Counted from the first letter of the stretch, positions 22,174-31,936 are shown. The stretch: 64,000 bases of DNA from an uncultured delta proteobacterium (GCA_963755715.1 CAVWLW010000024.1:153444-217443); one strand, 5' to 3'. The notes: generated by a model not told the origin, from the sequence alone. A program made the numbers and translations.

Positions 22174-23652
22174 TTAAAGAACGTTACGGCTGTACGCTCG
22201 TTTCTCCAGCATGAGTGAAAATCCCGGCGTCTGCACATGAATTTGGCGGTTCTGGGTGCGCTTGGATAATTGCTGCAGGAGATTGACGAGCGGCTGCTCT
22301 GAATTCAGATATTCCAATGGTCGCGGATTGGCGCGCATGGCGTCGATATCTTCTTTGCCGACGATCCAGCGCAGCAGCAGTTCTTCGTCGGACGTACCTT
22401 CGGCTCCCAAGCGACGGCGCATCTCGTCAGGGCTCGGCGTGTCGGGTGTCCATCTCGCCCATTCCTTGGCTCGGGGACGATCGAGGATCTTGTCTTTCAC
22501 GTCGGGCGCCATGTCGCGCGCGCCTTCGGCGCCGGCGTGGCCGAGGGCGAACTTGATGACCTGGTCCGTCACTTCTTTGTAGCGCTCGCCGACGATCACA
22601 TTGATCGCTGCCTGGCTGCCGACGAACTGCGATAGGGGCGTGACCATGATGGGGTAGCCGAACTCTTCGCGCACGCGGATCGTTTCTTCGAGCGCTTCCG
22701 GGAACTTGTGCTCGAGCCCGACCTTGCGCAGTTGAAAGCGCAGGTTCGAAAGCATGCCGCCGGGGACTTGGTGCTGGTATTGGGAGTAGTCGTACTCCAC
22801 GGGCGCGCCGATGGTGAACCCTTCGCGCTTGGCGATAGCGGTAAAATGCCTCGATACCGGTTTTAAGATTTCTTCATCGATATCGGTTTTGTAACCCAAG
22901 GCCCGGGCGTTTTTCGCGACGTTAAAGAGCGATGGGTTGGAGGTGTCGTCCGCGAGTGGCGGCAAGGCCGTGTTGATGGAGCGAATCCCCAATTCCATAC
23001 CCTTGATGCAGCAAAGCGGGCCCAAGCCTGTGGTGCAGTGCGTGTGCAACTCGACCGGAATCCCGCCGGCGTTTTTGAAGATGATCGGTACCAGGGTCTC
23101 CATTCGTTCCGGGGTCAGCAATCCGCCCGGATCTTTCAGGCAGAGGCGGTAAGGTTTGAGCGATGCCGCCTGGCGCGTGCGCTCGGCGAAGTATTCGTCG
23201 CTATGTTTGGGTGAGACGGAATAAATCAGATTCAAGATCGACTTCATGCCGGCCCGATGACATTCACCGACGCGGAACTTCCAGCCTTCATGGTCGTTCC
23301 ATTCGTCGGAGATGCGCGCCTCGCGGATGCCGTTGGCAAACATGCGTTCGACGAAAAGGCGGTACATGGACGGCGGATTATATTCGAAGGTATTCACCCG
23401 GCCGGCGATGAGTCGGAGCGGCGTTTTGGTGATGATTTTCGAAATCAGGCGGACGCGCTCCCAGGGATCTTCCTTCAACTCGCGCACGGTTTTCTTAAGA
23501 TGCGATCCCGAGATCAGCTCGATGCCTTCAAAGCCGGCATCGTCCAAATTCTTCGCGATCGGCAACATCATGCCGGTGGTCATATTCTCCGCCCATAGGC
23601 TTTGGTGACCGTCGCGGATCGTCGTGTCGACGAATCGAATGGTGTCCATCAA
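22174..23652 (-). CDS. Second pyruvate carboxylase B / OadA-like carboxyltransferase paralogue, no biotinyl domain
   Basis: Same motifs as 19607-21082; colinear and highly similar. Confidence 0.85.
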   Translation of the reverse strand: MMDTIRFVDTTIRDGHQSLWAENMTTGMMLPIAKNLDDAGFEGIELISGSHLKKTVRELKEDPWERVRLISKIITKTPLRLIAGRVNTFEYNPPSMYRLFVERMFANGIREARISDEWNDHEGWKFRVGECHRAGMKSILNLIYSVSPKHSDEYFAERTRQAASLKPYRLCLKDPGGLLTPERMETLVPIIFKNAGGIPVELHTHCTTGLGPLCCIKGMELGIRSINTALPPLADDTSNPSLFNVAKNARALGYKTDIDEEILKPVSRHFTAIAKREGFTIGAPVEYDYSQYQHQVPGGMLSNLRFQLRKVGLEHKFPEALEETIRVREEFGYPIMVTPLSQFVGSQAAINVIVGERYKEVTDQVIKFALGHAGAEGARDMAPDVKDKILDRPRAKEWARWTPDTPSPDEMRRRLGAEGTSDEELLLRWIVGKEDIDAMRANPRPLEYLNSEQPLVNLLQQLSKRTQNRQIHVQTPGFSLMLEKRAYSRNVL

Positions 23653-23698
23653 GTTACTCCTCCAGTAGAGTCGATCATATTGGCTGATGCCAGCAAAT

Positions 23699-24874
23699 TC
23701 AATGAAGCCACTTCTCTGTGCGTTGTTCCTGCCTGAGCTCCATGAGGCCGGTAGCGAACGGTATGATAAGCATCGTCGCGTTCAGCACAACCGCGCCAAA
23801 CCAGCCGTAATTGCTGTAGGCATAGCCGCACGCCGTGATACCGGCGGCGCCACCGACGTAGTAGCACAGGACGTAGAGGGAATTGGCCCGCCCCCGGCCG
23901 GAGCTGAGCCTGCGATTGAGCAATCCCACCGCAGCGGCGTGGATCGCGAAAAAACCCGCGCAGACGCCGATGAGGCTTAGGGCAATGACGGCGAGAGATT
24001 GAATGAGTGTAGCGGCGACGGCTGCGCCGAGTAACAGAGATCCGAGAACAATCGTTGTGCCGCTGCCCAAGCGGTTGCTGAGTTTTCCTGACATCGGGCC
24101 GATGACGATGCCGATCAGGTACGCCAGATACATCAATGTGATGACTTCAGTGGAGGCCGCAAACGGCGGCTTCGAGAGATAGAAGGGGAGGTAATTAAAC
24201 GTCGATGAGAACACGAAAAACGCCCCGAACGCTACGGCGAACATGCGCAACAGACCCGGTGCACTCAGCAATTCAATGAAACCAGCGGGCGGTGCTTCGC
24301 TCTTCACTCCGGAATTTTCTGCCGGCAGCCAACGAACCGCGGCGATCGTTGCTGCAATCACCAAGACGGAAGCGCTGACAAATGCGTAGCGCCAATGCAG
24401 CGGCGGATGAATCCAACCACCCAGCAGCCGTCCGCCTAAGCCTCCGGCCACGGTCGCGGCGACATAGGATCCCATGACGACGTTGAGACGCGCGGCGGGC
24501 AGACTCCGCGCCAGATAGGCGGCGATGCAAGTCGTGTGCGACGGAATGAATAGACCTTGAATGAAGCGAGCTCCGATGAGGAGTGCGAAGTGATGCGTCA
24601 CTGCGCAAATCAGACTGGCCGTTGCGATAACGCTTCCGCCGATCAAAATAATCGGCTTTATCGGATACCGGTCAACCAGCGCGCCAAATGGCAGGTTCGC
24701 CAGCGCAATAGCAAAGATAACCGCGGAAACCGACAAGGACGCAGTTCGCGCATCGGTACCGAACTCGGTTTCGAGGACGGGCAGCACTGGTTGAGTGATG
24801 TAGACAACGGTAAAGGAGCTGGCCACGAGAGCAAAAACTAATGCTTGGATGGAAACCTGCGAGTCCAGTTTCAT
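23699..24874 (-). CDS. MFS transporter (YnfM-like)
   Basis: YITQPVLP, G.LVDRY, GGLGGRLLGG, ANSLY..YY.GG; about 12 TM segments. Confidence 0.85.
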   Translation of the reverse strand: MKLDSQVSIQALVFALVASSFTVVYITQPVLPVLETEFGTDARTASLSVSAVIFAIALANLPFGALVDRYPIKPIILIGGSVIATASLICAVTHHFALLIGARFIQGLFIPSHTTCIAAYLARSLPAARLNVVMGSYVAATVAGGLGGRLLGGWIHPPLHWRYAFVSASVLVIAATIAAVRWLPAENSGVKSEAPPAGFIELLSAPGLLRMFAVAFGAFFVFSSTFNYLPFYLSKPPFAASTEVITLMYLAYLIGIVIGPMSGKLSNRLGSGTTIVLGSLLLGAAVAATLIQSLAVIALSLIGVCAGFFAIHAAAVGLLNRRLSSGRGRANSLYVLCYYVGGAAGITACGYAYSNYGWFGAVVLNATMLIIPFATGLMELRQEQRTEKWLH

Positions 24875-24953
24875 ATCGTGAGGGCATCGGTGCGATGTTG
24901 AATTTTAGCATGCCGGCACACTTCCGCTAGTTAGTGAAATCAGTCCCGGCGAG

Positions 24954-24983
24954 TTGACACTGTCAGTTTCATCATGGAACATT
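24954..24983 (+). promoter_or_regulatory. Candidate -35 (TTGACA) overlapped by palindrome TGACA-C-TGTCA
   Basis: Perfect -35 in the divergent MFS/DUF1989 intergenic region; weak -10. Confidence 0.4.
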
Positions 24984-25019
24984 CAAGCGCTTGGCAGGCG
25001 TGTTTTGGAAGGAGACCGG

Positions 25020-25658
25020 ATGGCTATCTTGAAAAGTGAGGTCGTGCCGAAGAATTCCGGCGCGGCGTTTGAATTGAAAAAAGGGCAGAGACTTAGGATC
25101 GCGGGCAAGAGCATCGTCGATTTTGTCGCGTTTAACTTGCGCGATTTGACGGAACGTTTCGATCAGGCGCGGACCAAGACCAATCAGGTGAAGATTTTTA
25201 TCAGCACCGGAGATGTTCTCTATTCGAAAAGAAACAATCCGATGCTGACGATTGTCGCCGACACGTTCACGGAAGGGCGGCACGATCTACAAAAAGGCAT
25301 GTGCAGCCGCAAGCGCTTTGAAATGGTGGCTGAGGGCAAGTCGAAGCGTGTGTTTGCCGAAGGCGTCGATATCAATCCTAAGAAAGCCGAAGAGATTCCT
25401 GATCACGGCTGCTGGGAAAATCTGAGCGGCGCGGTGAAAGCCTGGAAGATCGCGCCGGACGATGTGCCGAGCCCGTTCAATATTTTTCAGTGCATGCGCA
25501 TCGATCCGGACACCGGCATCATGTACGACACCATGATTCGGCCGAAAGACGAGGCGCATGTCGATTTTCGCGCCGAGATGGATTTGCTCGTTGCCGCCAG
25601 CGCGTGCCCCGAGTCGGGTAGGGGACAGGCGATCCGCGTGGAGATTTACGACGATTAA
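25020..25658 (+). CDS. Urea carboxylase-associated family protein (DUF1989)
   Basis: AFELKKGQRLRI, DFVAFN, HDL..GMC, HGCWENL, PFNIF, RAEMDLLVAASACP. Confidence 0.85.
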   Translation: MAILKSEVVPKNSGAAFELKKGQRLRIAGKSIVDFVAFNLRDLTERFDQARTKTNQVKIFISTGDVLYSKRNNPMLTIVADTFTEGRHDLQKGMCSRKRFEMVAEGKSKRVFAEGVDINPKKAEEIPDHGCWENLSGAVKAWKIAPDDVPSPFNIFQCMRIDPDTGIMYDTMIRPKDEAHVDFRAEMDLLVAASACPESGRGQAIRVEIYDD

Positions 25659-25662
25659 GATC

Positions 25663-25727
25663 CTCACCACGAAGAGCACGAAGGTTTAAAAATCTGTTAA
25701 CTGGAAACTTCGCGATCTTCGTGGTGA
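25663..25727. repeat. REP-like inverted repeat, same family as 21097
   Basis: ctcaccacgaagagcacgaag...cttcgcgatcttcgtggtga between convergent genes. Confidence 0.75.
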
Positions 25728-25766
25728 ATGAGTGCGTGATCGGTTGAGCGCTCGCTCAGGCTCCAA

Positions 25767-26588
25767 TTACGCCGACACTTCAAAGTTCAACTGCTGGCGC
25801 GCCGCTTTATGATATGCTTCGGCGCAGGCGGCTTCCGACTTTTCGTTCGGCGGCGAGACGATGCGCGCGCGGGCCGAAAAGTTTACCGGGCTCACGTCGA
25901 AGGGGTAAGGATCCATGACCACTGAGCCGGCGCCGTTGGGCCGGATCGTCAATCTTACGCTTTCGTCGCTGTCGTAAGAAACTCGCACCGGAGCAATCGC
26001 ATATTCTTTGAACTGATTATCCGAAGCGTAGCCGTCGCAGCAGAAGTAAAGCGAAAGCAGATCGAAAATCTGCAGCGCCATATAGTTGTAGGCGAGCTCG
26101 TTTTCGAAGCCGGGAGTTTTGGCGGCGAGTGATTTTTTGACCTCGGCTTGCTTGGCTTCCAATTCTTTTTTGGCGTTCTGGACGGGCTGGCTTCGCTCGC
26201 GCAATCTGCCGGCCGGCTCCGTGAAAATATTGTAACGGTTGTGCCACAGTCCCGTTCGGTGCATGGAGACCAACAGCCCGGCATAGAGGTCTTGCGAGCT
26301 CAGCCAATCGACGTTTTTAGCGTAGGCGTTGAGCTCCACCGCTTCGAAATTGGGCACGTCTTCGCGGTGTGCGTAGGGGCGGCCCTTCTCTACATTCATC
26401 GGCGGAGTGCCTTCCCATTCGCGGTAGCCGCTGTCGTGATAGGTAGTGGCGAATACCATCGTTTGATACGGCCGCAGCCGAGAGAAACGATCATTGCCCC
26501 AATGGGCGGCGAATTGCGCCGACAATTCGGCGTGATCTTCCTGAAGACTCACGAAACAACGTCCATCTTTGAGCTCACGGATAACCAT
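25767..26588 (-). CDS. DUF3891 family (HD-like) protein
   Basis: Q.DHA.LS..FAAHWG, HDSGY.EWE, YAGLLVSMH, Q.FDLLSL, DPYPF. Confidence 0.75.
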   Translation of the reverse strand: MVIRELKDGRCFVSLQEDHAELSAQFAAHWGNDRFSRLRPYQTMVFATTYHDSGYREWEGTPPMNVEKGRPYAHREDVPNFEAVELNAYAKNVDWLSSQDLYAGLLVSMHRTGLWHNRYNIFTEPAGRLRERSQPVQNAKKELEAKQAEVKKSLAAKTPGFENELAYNYMALQIFDLLSLYFCCDGYASDNQFKEYAIAPVRVSYDSDESVRLTIRPNGAGSVVMDPYPFDVSPVNFSARARIVSPPNEKSEAACAEAYHKAARQQLNFEVSA

Positions 26589-26634
26589 TTTTGCCTCCTT
26601 GTGCCAGTACGAGTTTAATTGCAAAAGTAATGGA

Positions 26635-27687
26635 TTAAATGCTCCCCGGTATCTCCGCCACGCCTAGCTCTTCTGCGAGCTCGGTGAGTTCCGACCATGT
26701 TTCATCGTCGATTTCCACGCCGTTTTTTTTCTGCAGCCCTTCTCTGCGCCTGCCGGATTCGCCGGGCAAAAGGATTTCACTGAAGCCGGGCGCGAGTTGG
26801 CTCGACTTTATAAAAACGATCAATTCGTCGACTCGGTCGTAAAAATTATCGAGCTCCTGGAATTCTTCGACGGCGAATGCTTGGAGAAAAACACCGTTGA
26901 CGCCGTGGCCGCCTTTGTTCCACCAGCTTTTGCCGAGGCCGTTGCCGGAGAGCAGGCCGCCGAGGATTTCGGTAACTAGCGCGACGCCCGAGCCCTTGTA
27001 GCCGCCGAAGGGCAAAAAAACCCCGCGCGGCGGCCCGCGAAAAGTTTTGAAATCGGTAGTCGGCTGGCCATGACCGTCAAGCAGCATGCCGTCGGGAATC
27101 GGCTCTTTCTTCGCTACGCGTTTTTGAATCTCGCCCATGCTCATCGACGCCGTGGCGAGGTCGAGGATAATTTGCTTGCCGTCTCTCGCGGGGATGCCAA
27201 ACGCGATCGGGTTGGTGCCGGTGATCGGCTTCATGCCGCCGTAAAGCGTCGTGGTCGCCGAACCGACGCTGACCGCGCCCATGCCGATCAGTCCCTGCGC
27301 CGTCGCCATTTCCATGTAATCGGCGAGCCGTCCGGTATGGCCGGCGCGTTTTAGACAAACTATGCCGGCGCCGTGCTCTTTGGCTTTTTTGATTGCGAGT
27401 TCCATCGCCATGTGCGCCGCGACCTGGCCAATGTAGTGCTTGGCATCGATCACAGCGGTGACTTTGCCTTCGCGTTCGATTTGCGGCTTGACGTTCAGAT
27501 CGTAAGTTTTGTTGTTGATGAACTCCAAATATTGGCCGACGCGGGTGACGCCGTGGCCGGCGTAGCCGCGCAGCTCGGCTCTAACGAGCAGTTCGGCGAC
27601 GAGGTCGGCGTCTGACGGTGGGATGCCTCCCTTGCGCAGCAATTGCTTGCAGAAACCGAGAAGCTTGACGTGGTCGATTGTCGGCAC
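26635..27687 (-). CDS. Ldh_2 family oxidoreductase (malate/lactate/ureidoglycolate dehydrogenase-like)
   Basis: AELRG..GHG, H.GRL, GTNPIAFGIP, LDLAT, GGYKGSG, LPGE. Confidence 0.9.
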   Translation of the reverse strand: MPTIDHVKLLGFCKQLLRKGGIPPSDADLVAELLVRAELRGYAGHGVTRVGQYLEFINNKTYDLNVKPQIEREGKVTAVIDAKHYIGQVAAHMAMELAIKKAKEHGAGIVCLKRAGHTGRLADYMEMATAQGLIGMGAVSVGSATTTLYGGMKPITGTNPIAFGIPARDGKQIILDLATASMSMGEIQKRVAKKEPIPDGMLLDGHGQPTTDFKTFRGPPRGVFLPFGGYKGSGVALVTEILGGLLSGNGLGKSWWNKGGHGVNGVFLQAFAVEEFQELDNFYDRVDELIVFIKSSQLAPGFSEILLPGESGRRREGLQKKNGVEIDDETWSELTELAEELGVAEIPGSI

Positions 27688-27698
27688 GGTGGTTCCTT

Positions 27699-28574
27699 TT
27701 ATTTATTGTTCACGGGGAAATAGCGTTGCAGCCACTCGTGAACGATATTCGTTAGGCGCGGATTTTCCTCGTTGAAGGTAAAATGATCGACATCCGCGAG
27801 CAAGTGCAACTCGGCCGGTTGTTTCGCCTTCTTGAACATTTCGATCGACTCATAGGTCGGTGTCACCGAATCATTGGCGCTGTGGATGAGGAGCAGGGGC
27901 CGCGGCGAAATGTTGCCGACCTGATCGTCGGCGCGAAAATCATTCATGCTCTGCGCGGTCTCGGCGGGAAACTCCATGATCGAGCCGCTGCTCATACGAT
28001 TGCGCAGCTTCTCCGGGATCGGCACGATATCGTAGCGCGGCACCATGAGCGACTTGCCGGTGCGCTCGCGCTGGCGCTTGCCTTCTTCGAGCATGTTGGT
28101 GAATTTCGCCCAGGCCTCCGGCGTCGGATGCTGACCGCGGAACTTGCGCTCGCCGTCGCCCCACCCGCCGCAGGAAATCACCGCGGCGACGCGACGATCG
28201 GCGCCGCCGCTGAAAACCGCAACCGCCGCGCCGAAGCTGCTGCCGACCAGGGCGATTCTTTGCGGATCGACTTCGGGGCGCGTCGCAAAGATACGAAAGC
28301 GCGTTGCGTGTGTCGGCGACTTGATCGAGACAAATAATGCGCCCATGCTCGCCTTCGCTCTCGCCGCAGCCGCGAAAATCGATGCGCAGGGTGACGTAGC
28401 CCCATTGAGCAAATTGCTTTGCGACCACCGATTGGCCGCGGCCGTCCTTATTGCCACCGAAGCCATGCAGAACGATAAATGCGGGCCGGCGCTCGCCGCT
28501 TTATAATCGAGCGGCGTGTCGATCAACCCGGCGATCTTCAAGCCGTCGGACTGAAATGAAACTTTTTCTTCCAT
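27699..28574 (-). CDS. Alpha/beta hydrolase (compensating frameshifts in N-half)
   Basis: GYVTLRIDFRGCGESEG (alternate frame), GSSFG nucleophile elbow, PLLLIH..ND, DH. Confidence 0.8.
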   Translation of the reverse strand: MEEKVSFQSDGLKIAGLIDTPLDYKAASAGPHLSFCMASVAIRTAAANRWSQSNLLNGATSPCASIFAAAARAKASMGALFVSIKSPTHATRFRIFATRPEVDPQRIALVGSSFGAAVAVFSGGADRRVAAVISCGGWGDGERKFRGQHPTPEAWAKFTNMLEEGKRQRERTGKSLMVPRYDIVPIPEKLRNRMSSGSIMEFPAETAQSMNDFRADDQVGNISPRPLLLIHSANDSVTPTYESIEMFKKAKQPAELHLLADVDHFTFNEENPRLTNIVHEWLQRYFPVNNK

Positions 28575-28576
28575 GG

Positions 28577-29695
28577 TTAACTCCTCTTTTCCCGTTGTGG
28601 AAGTTCGTTGCCCCAGAGCTCTTTCAGAAAACCGCTTTTTTCGAGGTGTTCGGCGAAACCGTTGTCGATGATCTCGGCGGGCTTCTTTCTTAGTTGTGTG
28701 CCATCCTCGCGCGCGATCTCTACCGCTTGCGTCACGGCGTTTACAGGAACCAGCAATCGCCGGTTGACCAACGTCTTCGCGTAGGCATCATAGGCAGACT
28801 GCAGGACTTCTTGGTCGTTGATGCTGAGAATTTTCGCTAGCGCGGCTTTGCTCCTATCCGGATTTTTTTCGACGAAGTGAATCGTTTCCGCCAATGCCGC
28901 GACGAATTTTTGCACAAGAGCGGGCCGCTCTTTCAGCGTTTTGGAATTCGTAAACATCGAACTATAAATTGCTGGCACGTCGAGCTCGTTGAGATTGTAA
29001 ATAAGCGCGAAGCCGTCGCGCTTAGCGCGCACGTCCAAGGGCGGCGTTAGAAAGGTCGCCTGCGTGAGGCCCTGCACCATGGCGTTGTAAGGTTCAAGCT
29101 GGCCTGTGCCGCCGATGTGCAGGAGTTTGACTTCCTGGGTGGTTAAACTGAATTTCTTCATCACGGCCTTTGCCAGTTGGTCAGTGAGACCCCCGGGACG
29201 CGATAGCGCGATCGTCTTGCCCTTGAGATCTTGCGGCCGCTTGATTTCTTTGCGCCCCATTAGCACCCAGGGAAGTCCGACGATAGTCGATCCGATTAGT
29301 TTCGCGTCGGCGCCTGCTGCAATGCGCGGGATCATCGGATCGGCGGAGCAGTAAATGAACTGAATCTCGTCCGCCGACAAAGCGGCGAGACTCACCACGC
29401 CGCCGCGCAAAGTCACGTGTTCCAGCTTGATACCGTATTTGTCGAAAAGCCCGTTGAATAGCGCGCTGTACAAATGAATAAAACCGCCGGTGATCGAGCA
29501 GGTGCCGACGCGCGCGACGAGCGGCGCTTCGCCAGCTTTGGGTAGGTACGGATTCGCTAAAGCGCCGCCGATGAATAGGCAGACGACAACGCTGATCGCC
29601 AGGCAAAGGGTCCGCGCTAATTCGCGTGCAGTGCATGTGACGAATTCCACCGAGTTATCCCCACGGGCCCAAAAATGGTTCGCCGAGATAAGCAT
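28577..29695 (-). CDS. ABC transporter substrate-binding protein (NMT1/SsuA-like); start uncertain
   Basis: Signal peptide, GLFDKYGI, DLKGKTIA, C-terminal D..F..LEKSGF. Confidence 0.85.
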   Translation of the reverse strand: MLISANHFWARGDNSVEFVTCTARELARTLCLAISVVVCLFIGGALANPYLPKAGEAPLVARVGTCSITGGFIHLYSALFNGLFDKYGIKLEHVTLRGGVVSLAALSADEIQFIYCSADPMIPRIAAGADAKLIGSTIVGLPWVLMGRKEIKRPQDLKGKTIALSRPGGLTDQLAKAVMKKFSLTTQEVKLLHIGGTGQLEPYNAMVQGLTQATFLTPPLDVRAKRDGFALIYNLNELDVPAIYSSMFTNSKTLKERPALVQKFVAALAETIHFVEKNPDRSKAALAKILSINDQEVLQSAYDAYAKTLVNRRLLVPVNAVTQAVEIAREDGTQLRKKPAEIIDNGFAEHLEKSGFLKELWGNELPQREKRS

Positions 29696-30878
29696 CGACG
29701 GCGCCGTCTATGGATTCCGGCCAGTCGTCGAGGGCGCGCGTTTTTCTTAATTCCCTCGGGCTCGGCTTGCCCTCCCAGCCGATTTGCTCCATTGCGCAGT
29801 AAAGCTGAATCGTGTGGCCATCGGGATCACGCACCGTGGCGGAGTATTCGATTCCGGGGTGAAGTTCCGCCGGGATCGATTCCGTTACTTTGACGCCGTT
29901 GTCGCGGAAAAATTTGACGGCTTCTTTGAGCTGGCGGTAGTTGGCGAGTTGGATGCCGAAGGCGGCACACTTGGAATGCGCGCTCAACCCAAGCGCATCG
30001 CGTACTTGCAACGGCAAAAGAGCGACGGAATGATGCTCAGTATTGCAGCGTAAAAACAAACAGCGCTCGCCGCGCCAGATAACTTCTTCGGTCGGAATGA
30101 ACCCCAGCGTGTCGCGGTAAAATGTTTCGGCAGCATCCATATTCTCTGTGAACAGATACACCGGCCCGAGGCGGACAATCTTAAATGGACGAGGCAAGAG
30201 AACACCGTCGACGTTGTACTGAGCCGGTAGCTTCTCCACGTGCCGATAGCCGGAAAAAATGTCGATGCCCTTTGCGCGGGCCTGTTGCACTTCCTCGAAT
30301 TCCGAAATCTGCGGCAGCTCAGGCGGTTTATCGAAGCCGCGATCGTACATGGCTTTCGGTTTGCTGTGGCCGTTCCAGCCGATTTGCTCGATGCCGTAGT
30401 AGAGCTCATTGCTCTGACCGTCGGGATCGTAGAGATAAGTGTGCCAATTCGATCCCGGCATGTCGCGCCCCGAGCGTTGCTGCTTGATACCGCGCTCGTT
30501 GAACCACTTGATGGCGTTGCCCACCTCTTCCAAGCTGCCTACTTGCCAGGTGATCTGATTGACGGTGATGCCGGGTTGTTCGCTTCTTCCCAACGCGTCC
30601 CGCACCCGCTTAGGAAAAAGCACCATAGCGTGGTGATCGGTGCCGTAGCGGGTGAAGTAGCCGTTCGGGTCGCCGAGGCCCGCAACTTGCGCCGGGTCTT
30701 TGGCGCGGCGCGAGTAATCCATGACGTCCGATATGCGGAAGCCCAAGAGATCGATATAGAAATGTACGCCGTCTTCCATATTCGACAAGTTGAAGCCGAA
30801 ATGGCCGAGCCGGCGAATTTTAAAGGGTTGGTTCAGCAGCACGCCGCCGACGTTGAATTTGCTGTTTGATGCCGCCAT
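29655..30878 (-). CDS. Two-domain VOC family protein (extradiol dioxygenase-like)
   Basis: RLGHFG, DHHAM, YLYDPDG..ELY, repeated as RLGPVY, EHHSV, RDPDGH.IQLY. Confidence 0.85.
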   Translation of the reverse strand: MAASNSKFNVGGVLLNQPFKIRRLGHFGFNLSNMEDGVHFYIDLLGFRISDVMDYSRRAKDPAQVAGLGDPNGYFTRYGTDHHAMVLFPKRVRDALGRSEQPGITVNQITWQVGSLEEVGNAIKWFNERGIKQQRSGRDMPGSNWHTYLYDPDGQSNELYYGIEQIGWNGHSKPKAMYDRGFDKPPELPQISEFEEVQQARAKGIDIFSGYRHVEKLPAQYNVDGVLLPRPFKIVRLGPVYLFTENMDAAETFYRDTLGFIPTEEVIWRGERCLFLRCNTEHHSVALLPLQVRDALGLSAHSKCAAFGIQLANYRQLKEAVKFFRDNGVKVTESIPAELHPGIEYSATVRDPDGHTIQLYCAMEQIGWEGKPSPRELRKTRALDDWPESIDGAVDAYLGEPFLGPWG

Positions 30879-31057
30879 CGATCACCTCCGAAGAGCGGGT
30901 TCGGCCCCTCTATACAATCTTTTCTCTCCACTCACAATGTGAATCTCCAAATTGACTTGCATCTGGCGAGTCGCTGGTCTATCAATATGCCTGCCCATTG
31001 CAAAGCAGTCTAGGTTCCCTCAAAATTAAATCTTGTTTTAACCCAAGGAGGTTCAAC

Positions 31058-31915
31058 ATGGCGCTTCAAGAATTACACTCCAGCGGCAAGATACAGTGGC
31101 CGGGTGATGCCCGGATCGCGGTTTTCTTAAGCTTCGATTTTCAGGGCGGCGAAGACGTGAAGCCGGATAAGAACGGCCGGATCAATCACGAGGAATACAC
31201 CCAGGGCGAATACGGACCCAACACGGGGATTTGGCGGATTTTGCGCATCCTCGCTTCACACGAAGTCAAAGCGACGTTTCTCACCTGCGGCGGCATCGCC
31301 GAACGTTATCCCGAGGCGGTGGCGGCGATCGTCGCTCAAGGTCACGAAGTCGCCGGCCACGGTTATCATCACGAAGTGGCACGCGATCTCGCGAAGGACG
31401 AAGAACGGGACGTGATCAAGCGGACCACGGACATGATTCTCAACCGTACCCAGAAGCGGCCGTTCGGCTGGCGTTCGTGCACGCAGAGTCCGAACAGCTT
31501 GGAGTTGCTCTTGGAGCAGGGCTATCTGTGGAACAGCAATTCATTCTCGCACGACCTGCCCTTCCTTTGGCAAAACGGCAAAAAGAAACTGGTCGAGTTG
31601 CCGCGCCAACCGTTCGGCGACGGGCGCACCTACGGTCATCGCGATTCAGGAAATCCCAACGATACGCTGGTGGTTTGGAAGGCGATGTTCGATCAGTTCT
31701 ACGAGGAGTCGAGCCTGGCGCCGACGTTCTGCCCGTTCCAATTTCATCCATACATTTCGAGCCGGCCCGGTCGAGCGAAGACTCTTTCGGATATCATCGG
31801 TCACATGAAGTCGCACAAGGGTGTGTGGTTCGCCACCGGCAGCGAAGTGGCGCACTGGTGGTTGGAAAAAGGTTTCTCAGCGGAAAGCAGTGCGAAGATC
31901 TCGAAAGTGGCGTAA
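31058..31915 (+). CDS. Polysaccharide deacetylase family (PuuE allantoinase-like)
   Basis: WPGDARIAV.LSFD, EYG...G.WRIL, HEVAGHGYHH, GWR, FHPY.S.RPGR. Confidence 0.85.
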   Translation: MALQELHSSGKIQWPGDARIAVFLSFDFQGGEDVKPDKNGRINHEEYTQGEYGPNTGIWRILRILASHEVKATFLTCGGIAERYPEAVAAIVAQGHEVAGHGYHHEVARDLAKDEERDVIKRTTDMILNRTQKRPFGWRSCTQSPNSLELLLEQGYLWNSNSFSHDLPFLWQNGKKKLVELPRQPFGDGRTYGHRDSGNPNDTLVVWKAMFDQFYEESSLAPTFCPFQFHPYISSRPGRAKTLSDIIGHMKSHKGVWFATGSEVAHWWLEKGFSAESSAKISKVA

Positions 31916-31936
31916 ACAAAATTGGATTTGCGAGTG

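Noticed and set aside
24875-25019. Guanidine riboswitch upstream of DUF1989
   Set aside because: No ykkC or mini-ykkC (twin ACGR hairpin) consensus was visible; a covariance search would be needed to exclude it fully.
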